Shown in pieces: positions 8,084 to 17,349 of a DNA stretch of 36,263 nt (the stretch's first letter is position 1; each line of letters starts with the position of its first letter). The stretch is from a virus. Taxonomy: Duplodnaviria; Caudoviricetes. The notes under the pieces were generated by a model. It was not told the origin of the DNA, did no database searches, and was given only the letters and a program-made list of their open reading frames with translations. The stretch covers positions 1 to 36,263 of the IMG/VR virus record IMGVR_UViG_3300032255_000009; one strand, given 5' to 3'. A program made the position numbers and the translations under genes.

Positions 8084-9589
8084 CTAGGCTCCTCCCACTG
8101 CTAAAGCACTGTCCAACTCAATCTCCATGCCTTCGGTCTTAACCTGTTTGGTTTTGACCCTGGCATCTTTGCTTTCAATCTCCAGTTTTACAGTAGCTTC
8201 ATTTTTATTTAATTCCCGAGCAACAACCTTTCCAAAGTCTTCGGCTAAATTATTATTGTTAGACCTCAAGCCTGCAGAATATTTACTCGTTTTTGAAATG
8301 GCAGGTTGTTCATCATCAGCAAACAAACTCTTAATGCCTCGAATCCCATTGCCGACCGTTAATTCTGCTAAGTCGTTAAATATATCAATAGTAAATCTTT
8401 TAACGACAGCACCCAGTGCATGATCGATTGCTTTGGCATTTGTCCAAGCATCGGTTTTTTGAAATTGATCCATTGCATTAGCGAGGTCTTTTGTTGGTTT
8501 ACTAACCAGGCTATCAATCATTTCAGACGTTTTATTGCTTACACTTTGCTTTGCTGCTTTTGCAGTGCTGGCATTGATACGTGCATTTTTTTCAATCAAA
8601 CTACCATCTGCTGTTGTTGCAGCTAATTCACGAAGACGTTCTTCACCGCGTGGCTTTGAATAACCCTGAAAAACTTTTACGCCTGACTCGCCAAACAACT
8701 TGCCTAGCTTCCCAAAGTCACCGCCTGCGGCTTTATATATTTCAGGTATTAAGTCTGGGAGTCGACGAAGTAAAATACTATTTGGTTTCCTTGTTTCAAT
8801 CCCTGCGCCACTCAATATTTTTTGAACTTCTTTTTTATTCAATGCAGAGACAAGTGATTTTATTGCTTCAGCAGCTTCGTCAGCAGACTTAACCGCATCA
8901 ATCGTAATTTGTGCAACTGCACCGGCATCCCTTAATGTTTCAGCACTTGAACCAACGCTTGCGGTTACCGGTGAATACAAACCTTTCCCTGTTTTAGCGA
9001 TTTCACGCAGAGGAACTGAGCCGGTAAGACTTTGCTTGTACTGTATGCCAAGAAATTCTTGTACCTGGGAAACTTCTGTTAATCCATTTTTAAATGCAAT
9101 GGCAATCATTGCGCCAGCATCTTCACCTGCAGCTCCCGTCGCACGTATAAACTGCGCCAAGTTACGCAAGTTTTTCTGAGCGTTGGTAAAGTCACCCGTT
9201 TGAGCAATGATTTTATCGAAGCCACCAAGTAAAACGCTTTTATCCAGGCGAATACTTGGATCATTAGCCAGACCAATTAATTCTTTTTTTAGCTTAGCAA
9301 TTTGTTCTGCTGAAGCCTGACCATCTGTTTGTAGTTGTGTGAGGTTTGCATCGAACTCGATGACTTTATTGGCAGAACGTATTGCGGCGGCAGCGGTTGC
9401 TATACCCGCCAGCTTTTTACCCATCGAACCAAAACTGTTGCTTGTCATCGTAGTATTACGACGTAACCCTTTTAGACTTCGGCTGCTATTTTTTGCAAAA
9501 CGATCAATATATTGTTCGTTGCGTTTTGCTTGACGCCCAAGGTTCCCCTTAAGGTTAACAATAATAGATGTTAGAAGTTCATTCTGCAT
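8084..9589 (-). CDS. Tail tape measure protein
   Basis: 501-aa Ala-rich helical protein between chaperone and gpN. Confidence 0.88.
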   Translation of the reverse strand: MQNELLTSIIVNLKGNLGRQAKRNEQYIDRFAKNSSRSLKGLRRNTTMTSNSFGSMGKKLAGIATAAAAIRSANKVIEFDANLTQLQTDGQASAEQIAKLKKELIGLANDPSIRLDKSVLLGGFDKIIAQTGDFTNAQKNLRNLAQFIRATGAAGEDAGAMIAIAFKNGLTEVSQVQEFLGIQYKQSLTGSVPLREIAKTGKGLYSPVTASVGSSAETLRDAGAVAQITIDAVKSADEAAEAIKSLVSALNKKEVQKILSGAGIETRKPNSILLRRLPDLIPEIYKAAGGDFGKLGKLFGESGVKVFQGYSKPRGEERLRELAATTADGSLIEKNARINASTAKAAKQSVSNKTSEMIDSLVSKPTKDLANAMDQFQKTDAWTNAKAIDHALGAVVKRFTIDIFNDLAELTVGNGIRGIKSLFADDEQPAISKTSKYSAGLRSNNNNLAEDFGKVVARELNKNEATVKLEIESKDARVKTKQVKTEGMEIELDSALAVGGA

Positions 9590-9722
9590 TTATATAACGC
9601 CAATATTTTAATACTTTATAAATTGAAAATTGATGCACATCATTCAAGCTCAAACCCGTGACCGATGAAACATCAATACATTTTCTTTCAAGGTGGGGAA
9701 GTATCCCCACTAAGGCTTTCCC
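9579..9722 (-). CDS. -1 frameshift extension of tail assembly chaperone (G-T type)
   Basis: In-frame G GGA AAG at 9722-9716, hairpin 9693-9710 5 nt downstream; -1 frame open for 47 aa ending inside TMP start. Confidence 0.8.
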   Translation of the reverse strand, partial: GKALVGILPHLERKCIDVSSVTGLSLNDVHQFSIYKVLKYWRYINAE

Positions 9723-10087
9723 TTTTCTGTCTTCTCCTTGAGTCCTTCTTTTACAAAACTTGCCTCATCCAGTGCTTCAGTTTTTTGTTGCAGCAAAAGA
9801 AAATCTTCAAGTTGTAAGTTATTTGTAAGCTCTTCCATTGAAAATGGCCCACTTACATCGTCCATACTCACAATCTGTCGACGAAAAATATTGCTGCCAT
9901 ATAAGGACGGGCTTAATACCAACTTGTGTTCAAGTTTCCCATCCGCATCAAGAGCAGAGATTAACTTTTCGGACTCTTCTTCAGCTTCAATTAAGTCAGC
10001 CGGGCCATAAGGACGAATGAAAGCATTTTTTAATATGCTTTCACCCATCTTGTAACCGTGCTTTAAAGGTACTTTAATCAGACTCAT
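9710..10087 (-). CDS. Tail assembly chaperone, Mu gp41-like
   Basis: Between tube and tape measure; LKHG, DLIEAEEESEK, RRQI motifs. Confidence 0.85.
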   Translation of the reverse strand: MSLIKVPLKHGYKMGESILKNAFIRPYGPADLIEAEEESEKLISALDADGKLEHKLVLSPSLYGSNIFRRQIVSMDDVSGPFSMEELTNNLQLEDFLLLQQKTEALDEASFVKEGLKEKTEKGKP

Positions 10088-10090
10088 GCC

Positions 10091-10441
10091 TTACACCTTA
10101 TCCAAACGTTCACAGGATAATTTCATTGGTGCTTTACCATTTCCTGCAAATGAAACGGTGTCTGTAGAGAAAGCTTTACGCATCATGTACGTTTGACCTG
10201 TGTCTGCTTCAAACATGGCTGTGGCATTGACCAAATTGGTTAACTCAATTGCATCAAAGCTTTTTGTTTGTAATACCGTACACTCCAGCATTGGCGGTTC
10301 TTCAGATGCACTGTGGTAAGTAATGCCACCATGCGTTTCTGGTTCGCGCTTATCTCCACCAGGATTGAGTGTTGCCTGGTTCTCGGTGGGTATAACGACG
10401 CCGTCAATGCGGATGATTACTTTTCCTGTAATTGCACTCAT
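10091..10441 (-). CDS. Tail tube protein, Mu gpM-like
   Basis: ITGKVIIRIDG, ATLNPGG, FEADTGQTY; follows sheath. Confidence 0.88.
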   Translation of the reverse strand: MSAITGKVIIRIDGVVIPTENQATLNPGGDKREPETHGGITYHSASEEPPMLECTVLQTKSFDAIELTNLVNATAMFEADTGQTYMMRKAFSTDTVSFAGNGKAPMKLSCERLDKV

Positions 10442-10467
10442 GATTCTTTATCTCCTGGTCTTTTTGA

Positions 10468-11937
10468 TTAACGACGGAATTCGTTATGAATTGCAGTCAC
10501 ACGCATTTGACCAACCAACTTCGGTGAGTCGTAAATATTTAAACGTGCGGGATCATCAACAGCCACTTCTGCATTTAAGGTTTCTTTGTATCCCGCATAA
10601 TCTTGCACCCAACCTTTGTCTTCCATTTCGGTATACAAAATGAGTAATTCAACCTTAGCAACTTTGGGTTGCATCACGGGTTGACCAGGTGCGACTCGCA
10701 TAGAATCTTCAGCTAACTTATGACGTGGATACTTTTGTGCAAACATAGCGCGTTGTTCAAAACGAATACGCTCTAATGTTTCAGGCGTGTTGATATCGAG
10801 ATAACTATCATCAGAAATCCCCGATGTATTTAATTGATATGTGGTGATTTGTCGCTCAATTTGAACGCTGCCATCACTGCCCACGGTGTAGGTTGCAATT
10901 CCATCAAATAATAATTGATTACGTTCAGTATCCGTCCAACGTGTTTCTTTTGTCGGAGCCATAATGCCGGTTAGCTTTAAACGTTGCAGTGGACGCGCAG
11001 GATCAATGCTCAAGTACTTCGCACCGATGATCGCATTCACGCTTGCCCAAATATAAGGGGGCTGTGGTGAAGCAGCGTTTATTCCCATGCAGGTCACGTG
11101 AGGATTATTGCGACCATTACCAAAGGTACCGGTTGCAGAATGAGTGCCACTAAAAGCAGCAAATGCACGTGCGCCAATTTGCCGCATTGGGCCCCAACGA
11201 GAATCAAGCTCGGTTTCTAATACAACCAGATTTGCTGTATCGGTAAATGGCATAACCATCCAGTTGTACCATTCATCACCAATTGCAGCGATGGTGGCTG
11301 TGACATCCGGGTTTGTTGTGCCACCGGCCATTGCACCAAACGTCATCACAACACCACCTGGTGTTTTCTCATCGTAATAATTCATACGAAGGTCAATATC
11401 GTTTCCAGTTTCACCTTTCCACTTACAAGCAAGGTCAACTTGATTGGTAGTAACACCATTAACAACGGCATTCACGGGCAAGGTGGTGTCTGCTGTAATG
11501 GCAGCAGCAATGGCGGTTGCAATCTCATCAGCGGTGTCACCTGAAGCCACACCAACTAAAACTTTTTTACCGGCAATATAAATCGCTAAGGTACCGGCAC
11601 CGGTCGCATTACCGGTTGCAGTGATGGTTCCTGCAGCAGCTGCACCGGCACCGGCTTCATCTAAAGCGATGGCATAGGTTTCCATAAACTTGTCAGCATT
11701 TTTAATCGCTTTAATTTGTTCGGCTAACATTGAGCCTCGGCCAAAGTACTCTTCAGCTTGCTCACCGGTATTAACGCGTGTGGCAATATCAGCCGCAACG
11801 GTACCCGCCGCTAAACGTTGACCAATGACCAACACCTTAAAGTTAATGGTCGCATTACCGGCAAGGCGGTTATCAAACTCGACATAGGTACCAGGAATAC
11901 GCAGAGCGGCTGGGATTTCATTAAATGCAATAGGCAT
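10468..11937 (-). CDS. Tail sheath protein, Mu gpL-like
   Basis: RIPGTYVEFDN, FGRGSMLA, DPARPLQ, ITTYQ..DDSYLD motifs. Confidence 0.95.
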   Translation of the reverse strand: MPIAFNEIPAALRIPGTYVEFDNRLAGNATINFKVLVIGQRLAAGTVAADIATRVNTGEQAEEYFGRGSMLAEQIKAIKNADKFMETYAIALDEAGAGAAAAGTITATGNATGAGTLAIYIAGKKVLVGVASGDTADEIATAIAAAITADTTLPVNAVVNGVTTNQVDLACKWKGETGNDIDLRMNYYDEKTPGGVVMTFGAMAGGTTNPDVTATIAAIGDEWYNWMVMPFTDTANLVVLETELDSRWGPMRQIGARAFAAFSGTHSATGTFGNGRNNPHVTCMGINAASPQPPYIWASVNAIIGAKYLSIDPARPLQRLKLTGIMAPTKETRWTDTERNQLLFDGIATYTVGSDGSVQIERQITTYQLNTSGISDDSYLDINTPETLERIRFEQRAMFAQKYPRHKLAEDSMRVAPGQPVMQPKVAKVELLILYTEMEDKGWVQDYAGYKETLNAEVAVDDPARLNIYDSPKLVGQMRVTAIHNEFRR

Positions 11938-11943
11938 GATTCA

Positions 11944-12141
11944 TTACTCCTGGTTAGTTTTTGATTTTGTTTTTTTAGGGGCTACCGTTTTAACAACATC
12001 CCCATCTAGAATGCGACGAAACCAATAGGGATCGCTAGTCACAAACTCACCTTCAACTTTTAAATGACGGTTACGCTCTGGGTTACGCACCAGTACTTTC
12101 TCATCGGCAGGCTTTACAAAAATCTTGGCTGGTTGGTTCAT
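11944..12141 (-). CDS. Mu gp38 / DUF2635-like small protein
   Basis: VKPA..VRNPE...YWFRRILDGDV. Confidence 0.85.
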   Translation of the reverse strand: MNQPAKIFVKPADEKVLVRNPERNRHLKVEGEFVTSDPYWFRRILDGDVVKTVAPKKTKSKTNQE

Positions 12142-12153
12142 AATATAAATTCC

Positions 12154-12690
12154 TTATTGGTCGAGTGTTACATTGTCTACTGCAGCAGGCTCATCTTCAC
12201 CTGGTGCCATTGAATGTTCAGCGTGATAGGTTACAAAACCATTAAGCGCGTTTAAGTCCATCGTGTATTCAAATGCAAAATTAGGGATGGTCAACGTGAC
12301 CGCATGAACACGCGCACCTTTTTTATCTTTTTTAATTGAAAATAAATTATCAATTCGACTGGCTCTTAATGTGCCAACGTCGGTTATGTTTGCGCCATGT
12401 AACAAAGGCATAATGACGTTTAAAATATCGTCTGGCCCAAGCACTCGCGCATCATTATTTGGATCGGTAACAACATAAACAACCCAGTTAGCATTAAAGG
12501 TGGCATCATTATAATCACCCGCTTCACGTCCACCCACAAAGGCAACATAGATGGCCGGTGTCGTTGTTAACCATCGGTCTAATATTTGGTCAGTTAGTCG
12601 ACCCGGCAATTCATCAACATCACGCAACTTACCTTTAAGTGCGCTGGCATTGATTAAATTAATAATTTGCTGTGTGGTTGAAATAATCAT
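12154..12690 (-). CDS. Tail terminator, Mu gp37-like
   Basis: PAIYVAFVGG motif; synteny. Confidence 0.78.
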   Translation of the reverse strand: MIISTTQQIINLINASALKGKLRDVDELPGRLTDQILDRWLTTTPAIYVAFVGGREAGDYNDATFNANWVVYVVTDPNNDARVLGPDDILNVIMPLLHGANITDVGTLRASRIDNLFSIKKDKKGARVHAVTLTIPNFAFEYTMDLNALNGFVTYHAEHSMAPGEDEPAAVDNVTLDQ

Positions 12691-13133
12691 TAGCCGTTCA
12701 CCACCGACTGATAAAAGTCATCAACAATATTATTAATTTCATTTTCATCATCGGCATTAATGCCCATAACTGGTCGTGCATCCAACTCAACTGAATGGTT
12801 ACGGCCTGTCTTTCCACCGTAGTGTTGAATAGCGGCATAGACCATATCTGAACCATGCTCAACACCGGAACCATCGATAAAAACATTGTGAGTATATGAG
12901 TCACGCAAATGTCCAAATTCAACAAGTGTTTTCCCACCTTCGTTTAATGCACGTTGGCTAGGTATTAATGCATTACCTTCCCAGTCTTCACCGCTAATAA
13001 AACGACGAGCAACCTCGCTATCTAAATAACCACCAATTTCATCAAACATTGGGCGGGTATCAACATCACCAAGACGTGATAAAAATTCACGTGCAGCAAT
13101 GTCATTAATGCTATGGACTAAACGAACACCCAT
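12690..13133 (-). CDS. Virion morphogenesis protein, Mu gpG-like
   Basis: GHLRDS, GSDMVYAAIQHYGG, ARPVMG; TAATG coupling at 13133. Confidence 0.85.
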   Translation of the reverse strand: MGVRLVHSINDIAAREFLSRLGDVDTRPMFDEIGGYLDSEVARRFISGEDWEGNALIPSQRALNEGGKTLVEFGHLRDSYTHNVFIDGSGVEHGSDMVYAAIQHYGGKTGRNHSVELDARPVMGINADDENEINNIVDDFYQSVVNG

Positions 13134-13621
13134 TAAAATGTTTCCCAATTTGTTTTGCTTTGACCTTGTCCTGCTTTAATCCGGCCTTGTGGTGTTGCGG
13201 TACCCGTGTCTTGTTCACCCAGGCTGGCTTTGTTCATTGAGATATCGCGCAACCATGAACGTGCCTGGACAAAACGATTTTCAACTTCTTCAGTGACACG
13301 GTCATCGCTTAAACGATGACGGGCAATATCAGCACATACATCAACTAACGAACTACCATCAATCATTGCTTGCGTTAAAGGCAATGTGTATCGAGGGCTG
13401 ATGTATGAGTTAATAAAATTTGTTGCGCCTGTAATGGCTTTATTTATTTTTACCAATGCCTGGTCTGCAGCTGCGATATCTGCTGCGCTATAAGCAGCAC
13501 GATCACCAGCCTCAACAGTCAGTCGAAGCAGAACACCATCAACAGCAGCATCATTAGTAGATAATATGGCGACTTCCTTGTCGCCAAATAAATCTAGTAG
13601 CTGTAATGCAGTGGCATACAT
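13133..13621 (-). CDS. Head-tail adaptor, Mu gp36 / DUF1320-like
   Basis: MYAT, INSYISPRYTLPL, CADIARHRL, ARSWLRDI. Confidence 0.88.
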   Translation of the reverse strand: MYATALQLLDLFGDKEVAILSTNDAAVDGVLLRLTVEAGDRAAYSAADIAAADQALVKINKAITGATNFINSYISPRYTLPLTQAMIDGSSLVDVCADIARHRLSDDRVTEEVENRFVQARSWLRDISMNKASLGEQDTGTATPQGRIKAGQGQSKTNWETF

Positions 13622-13625
13622 TCAG

Positions 13626-14021
13626 TTAGCCTTGGCCATCTTTAGCAAGCATTTCCATCCATGCCTGGTTACGTTCATCTGCTTTCACTTTCCAGCCAAG
13701 TAACTCGGTAAGCACATTGGCATCTGGTTCATTGCTCTTTGTCCAGTGCGCTTCATCTTTTTTATCTAATCGGCCAATGGCTTCTTTGATAGCAACGATA
13801 CGATCGGCGAGTTGTTCAGGTGCGTTTGTTAAATTAACAACATTTGTTTTGCCGCTTTCTGGTTCGTCTTCTTTTTCATCGGGAAGACTGATCACAGGCG
13901 GGTTTGTATTCAACAAAGGTTCGGCATCTTCATCACTTAATGTAATGCTGTCACCAACTTCATACTGTTTATCCATTAACAAACGGTGATCGACTTGATA
14001 TTTAACTTTAGAGTTGCTCAT
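13626..14021 (-). CDS. Mu gp35-position hypothetical protein
   Basis: Between capsid and gp36; C-terminal HWTKSNEP...ERNQAW helical module; GGAGA before ATG 14021. Confidence 0.7.
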   Translation of the reverse strand: MSNSKVKYQVDHRLLMDKQYEVGDSITLSDEDAEPLLNTNPPVISLPDEKEDEPESGKTNVVNLTNAPEQLADRIVAIKEAIGRLDKKDEAHWTKSNEPDANVLTELLGWKVKADERNQAWMEMLAKDGQG

Positions 14022-14046
14022 GATTGTTTCTCCGGTTATTGGCTCC

Positions 14047-14074
14047 CTGGTCATGAGGTGCACCTCATGACCAG
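14047..14074. repeat. Perfect 28-bp palindrome downstream of capsid gene
   Basis: CTGGTCATGAGGTG|CACCTCATGACCAG. Confidence 0.9.
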
Positions 14075-14106
14075 ATCATCACCTTCGCTTCTTTTGGGGT
14101 TGATCT

Positions 14107-15033
14107 TTACGCTACTGCGTTTTGAATGAAGTACGCCAAGTCATTCGCAGTGATGAGTTCTTTAACAGACTCACCAACACGAACACGTTGTCCACCATAT
14201 AGGCCGATATTAGAATCTTCTTTGGCTCCGGCAATTCGACTGCCAAATTGTGCAGTTAAGGCAAACGTCATGCCGCTACGGGTATCTGCCATTACGTCCC
14301 GGTATTGCAAGCTGATGTGTTTACCCCATGCACGTTGCAGTGCAGGTGCTTGACCTTTCTTGGCAGTGTTGATTCGTGCTTCACCAACAAGAATATCTTC
14401 GAGCTCAAACAGCTCTTTAATGGCGTCACGATGTGCAACACCTTTATCGCCACTGTTGCCGTGGGCAGCCTTAACAACATCAGGATGACGTGCAAGAATT
14501 GAATATGCTTGACGGCCAATGGTCATAATGTTGCCACGCATCACCATGTTATCAAGTGCATCCATAAGCACACCGATAGGATCGGAGTTTGCAAAGTCAC
14601 TAAACTGGTTAACACCGGCTAATGTTTGCTGGCTGCCTGCCGCATAGTTCGCTGCATTGAACACCATGTTAGCCACACGTACTTCACGACCTAATTCAAT
14701 GAGGTTAGACGTTTGTTCAACCGACTTGCCCAGTGGATCATAATTTTCTGGTGCGTTATCAATGTCGCTTTGTGGTATTTTGTCATCAAGACCTTGATCA
14801 ACTGTTGATGCAGTTTCTTCAGTCGCAGAAAAGCTCACTTCATTGGGTTGCGACTTTCGCCCAACTTTAGTATCGGGAACTGTAAAACCTTCGGCCAGGT
14901 CATGTTTAAGATATTTAAAGTCTTCTTTATTGACTGGAACACGTGGTGCAACTTCATCCGCAATCATGCGTTTGTTTTTATACGCAATTGAAATAGCCGT
15001 TAGGTCAGGTTGAATTGGAAATGGTGCTGGCAT
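14107..15033 (-). CDS. Major capsid protein
   Basis: 308 aa after protease and decoration gene; PDLTAISIAYKN..IADEVAPRVPV type seen in some transposable phages. Confidence 0.88.
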   Translation of the reverse strand: MPAPFPIQPDLTAISIAYKNKRMIADEVAPRVPVNKEDFKYLKHDLAEGFTVPDTKVGRKSQPNEVSFSATEETASTVDQGLDDKIPQSDIDNAPENYDPLGKSVEQTSNLIELGREVRVANMVFNAANYAAGSQQTLAGVNQFSDFANSDPIGVLMDALDNMVMRGNIMTIGRQAYSILARHPDVVKAAHGNSGDKGVAHRDAIKELFELEDILVGEARINTAKKGQAPALQRAWGKHISLQYRDVMADTRSGMTFALTAQFGSRIAGAKEDSNIGLYGGQRVRVGESVKELITANDLAYFIQNAVA

Positions 15034-15068
15034 AATTATTTACTCCTAATTTATTTTTTTAAATAGAC

Positions 15069-15488
15069 TTAAGCTAGGCTTGGAGCCAGCAAAACATCTG
15101 CAATGTCGCCTGCAACGGCATTAACCATTGCAAAACCAATAATGCGTTCGGCACTTGCTGCATTAGTAACCGCGTTTTGCACATAGGCTGCTGCCGTGTT
15201 TTCAACGTGCGTATGTCGTGTTGAGGCAACGGCCTTACCATTTGCATCTGTCGTTACCGGATCACCACGGTTAATTGCACCACCTACTTCAATTTCAGCA
15301 ATGCCTGCCACAATGACATCAACGCGGTCGTTTGCTGCAGCTGCTCCGAGTTCGCCGGTAACGCCAAAGATAAAGTCAGTATCAGCAGCGCCTGCTAACA
15401 CTTGTCCATCTGCAGTGCCTTGCTTAACAATAATGTTGGCGGCAATCGCTGCTTCGGCAACAAAGTTTTTAGTTAGGGTCGGGTTCAT
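15069..15488 (-). CDS. Capsid decoration/cement protein, DUF2190-like
   Basis: Ala/Gly-rich, RGDPVTTDANGKAV, IIGFA..AVAGDI; between scaffold and capsid. Confidence 0.78.
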   Translation of the reverse strand: MNPTLTKNFVAEAAIAANIIVKQGTADGQVLAGAADTDFIFGVTGELGAAAANDRVDVIVAGIAEIEVGGAINRGDPVTTDANGKAVASTRHTHVENTAAAYVQNAVTNAASAERIIGFAMVNAVAGDIADVLLAPSLA

Positions 15489-15529
15489 AATTTATTTCTC
15501 CTGTTAGACTTATCTATGAATAAGCCTGA

Positions 15530-16048
15530 TTACTTGTTTTGTTTGTTAACGTGAGCAACCGCCTGGCTAACACTCACTGTGATGCCTTTATCAGACTGTT
15601 CTTTTCGATATTCAGTTGCAGCATCCGCAATGGCCTGTGCATCATCGCCATCAACACCATCAGAATTACCCGCATCACTTTCTTTAAAGTCGATTTGTTT
15701 GCCGAGCGATGCGGTGAAGTCGTTAAACCAGTCAAGCGGTGATTTTTTGATAGTTTCTTCTTTACCTTTTTCACCGGCAGAGAATTCAAAATTAGCTTCG
15801 TCGTTATCTGAAAGCTGCAGCATGAACTCAGACATGCCTTCAGTTTGAGCAGGTAATAACCTGCCTTCATCAACTAGCGCAGTAATATTTTTGCTGAATT
15901 CAACAACTAATCGTTTATTGCGTTCAGCTGTTAATTCGGTTTCATGTTCTTTTTGTTTATTGGCAAATTCTGCTTCAGTATCTGCTTTGGCTTGTGCTGC
16001 AGCTTTTTCTACAGCATCATCCATTTGTGCTTGTGAGAACTCGGGCAT
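15530..16048 (-). CDS. Internally initiated scaffold protein (Mu gpZ-like)
   Basis: AGGAG upstream of in-frame ATG (MPEFSQ) after a low-complexity linker; coiled-coil product. Confidence 0.7.
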   Translation of the reverse strand: MPEFSQAQMDDAVEKAAAQAKADTEAEFANKQKEHETELTAERNKRLVVEFSKNITALVDEGRLLPAQTEGMSEFMLQLSDNDEANFEFSAGEKGKEETIKKSPLDWFNDFTASLGKQIDFKESDAGNSDGVDGDDAQAIADAATEYRKEQSDKGITVSVSQAVAHVNKQNK

Positions 16049-16729
16049 GGGTTCATCTCCTGTTTTAGTGGGTTCTGGTTGTGAATAGGACGTGGGGGTA
16101 TTGTTATCTTCATCACGCAAGTTGTTTGCATGGTCAGATAGACTTTCAATTTCATAATCGGGAATAACACTGTCCGCTGTTTCAACATCGAACTTGTTAA
16201 TAATGAATTCACGCATACGACGCATCATGCGGCTTATAATGTTGGGTGTGATGCTGTCCTGGTATGAATAGTCAAAACACTCATCATCGGTATTGGCGTT
16301 ATAGATTGAGTCCATGCCTCCAATGGCTGGAGGAACCGCGCCCAGGAAGCCGACATGCTTTAAATAAAAACCATCGGCACCTTTACCAATACGAATAGAA
16401 CGGTTTGGCCAGAGTCCGTTTTCAACACCTTTGGCAAATTCGTCGTGCAGTTTGTCACCTTTAACCGACAACACATTGCCATCACGCTTCAGATCATGAA
16501 TCCAACCATATGCCGGTGCATCTGTTTTAGGGTGGCCGATTACCATTGGCGCACCACTAAAGATATTCTTATCAATAAGCTTCTTGGTGTTGGTTACAAT
16601 TTGGTCTAACTCATTTTCAGTCCAAACTTTCTTTGTACCGTTAGAGTCAACTTGTTCGCCACCAACGAAGGCAGGAAAGAAGTCATCGAGACCTTTGAAG
16701 TCATGTGTTTTTGTTTTTGATTTGTCCAT
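15530..16729 (-). CDS. Prohead protease/scaffold, Mu gpI-like
   Basis: APMVIGHPK..PAYGW, RSI, LKHVGFLGAVPPAI; start placed at MDKSK. Confidence 0.92.
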   Translation of the reverse strand: MDKSKTKTHDFKGLDDFFPAFVGGEQVDSNGTKKVWTENELDQIVTNTKKLIDKNIFSGAPMVIGHPKTDAPAYGWIHDLKRDGNVLSVKGDKLHDEFAKGVENGLWPNRSIRIGKGADGFYLKHVGFLGAVPPAIGGMDSIYNANTDDECFDYSYQDSITPNIISRMMRRMREFIINKFDVETADSVIPDYEIESLSDHANNLRDEDNNTPTSYSQPEPTKTGDEPMPEFSQAQMDDAVEKAAAQAKADTEAEFANKQKEHETELTAERNKRLVVEFSKNITALVDEGRLLPAQTEGMSEFMLQLSDNDEANFEFSAGEKGKEETIKKSPLDWFNDFTASLGKQIDFKESDAGNSDGVDGDDAQAIADAATEYRKEQSDKGITVSVSQAVAHVNKQNK

Positions 16730-16784
16730 GCCGTGAAGCATGAGGGAAAGAGGGTGTTGGATATAGAGGGGAAATGTTTCCCCC
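16729..16784 (-). promoter_or_regulatory. Late promoter (PI-equivalent) with Mor/C dyad
   Basis: GGGGAAACATTTCCCC dyad 16768-16783, CATGCT -10 at 16742-16737; matches element at 30450-30503. Confidence 0.8.
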
Positions 16785-16875
16785 TTATTATTAACGGCTG
16801 GTTTTTATATGCTGCATGTACTTGAAGACAAACGCAAGCAATAAATTCTAACCACAACAAAAGAGGGAAATAATT

Positions 16876-17283
16876 ATGCTTGGTTCTATTAAGATTCATC
16901 ATGTCATTCTGGCATTACTAATGAGTATGGCGATGATGTTGGCAATGGCTGGCCCAGCTACGGCTGCCGGTTGTTCTAATCCAACCCATCAACATTACTT
17001 TTCACTAAACTCAACTAACACGATGCCATCTATGGTTGCATCTAATGAGACAACCATTAAGTCATTCGGCGAAGAAACTATTTTAGTTGCAGATAAAGAA
17101 ACCGAAAAGTTTAGTTCATATAATAAGACTGGAATTCACCGTGTATTTGCAGACAGTGGCTCAGGTTATTTATATGCTCGAAGCGGTATTGGAATAGCTA
17201 AACGCAGTAATCGACAAGTTATGGTGGTTGCCTTTAAGCATCGAATACAGTCTGATGCTTGGGATGATGTGAAACGACAATAA
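16876..17283 (+). CDS. Exported hypothetical protein (possible lipoprotein)
   Basis: Hydrophobic N-terminus ending ATAAGC; GAGGG RBS; followed by terminator. Confidence 0.65.
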   Translation: MLGSIKIHHVILALLMSMAMMLAMAGPATAAGCSNPTHQHYFSLNSTNTMPSMVASNETTIKSFGEETILVADKETEKFSSYNKTGIHRVFADSGSGYLYARSGIGIAKRSNRQVMVVAFKHRIQSDAWDDVKRQ

Positions 17284-17308
17284 AGTAAGAAGTAAAAATA
17301 GAAGATAT

Positions 17309-17336
17309 AAAAAGGCCACTTGAAGTGGCCTTTTTT
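17309..17336. terminator. Bidirectional intrinsic terminator
   Basis: AAAAAGGCCACT-TGA-AGTGGCCTTTTTT between convergent genes. Confidence 0.9.
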
Positions 17337-17349
17337 CGAGAAGGAGGTA

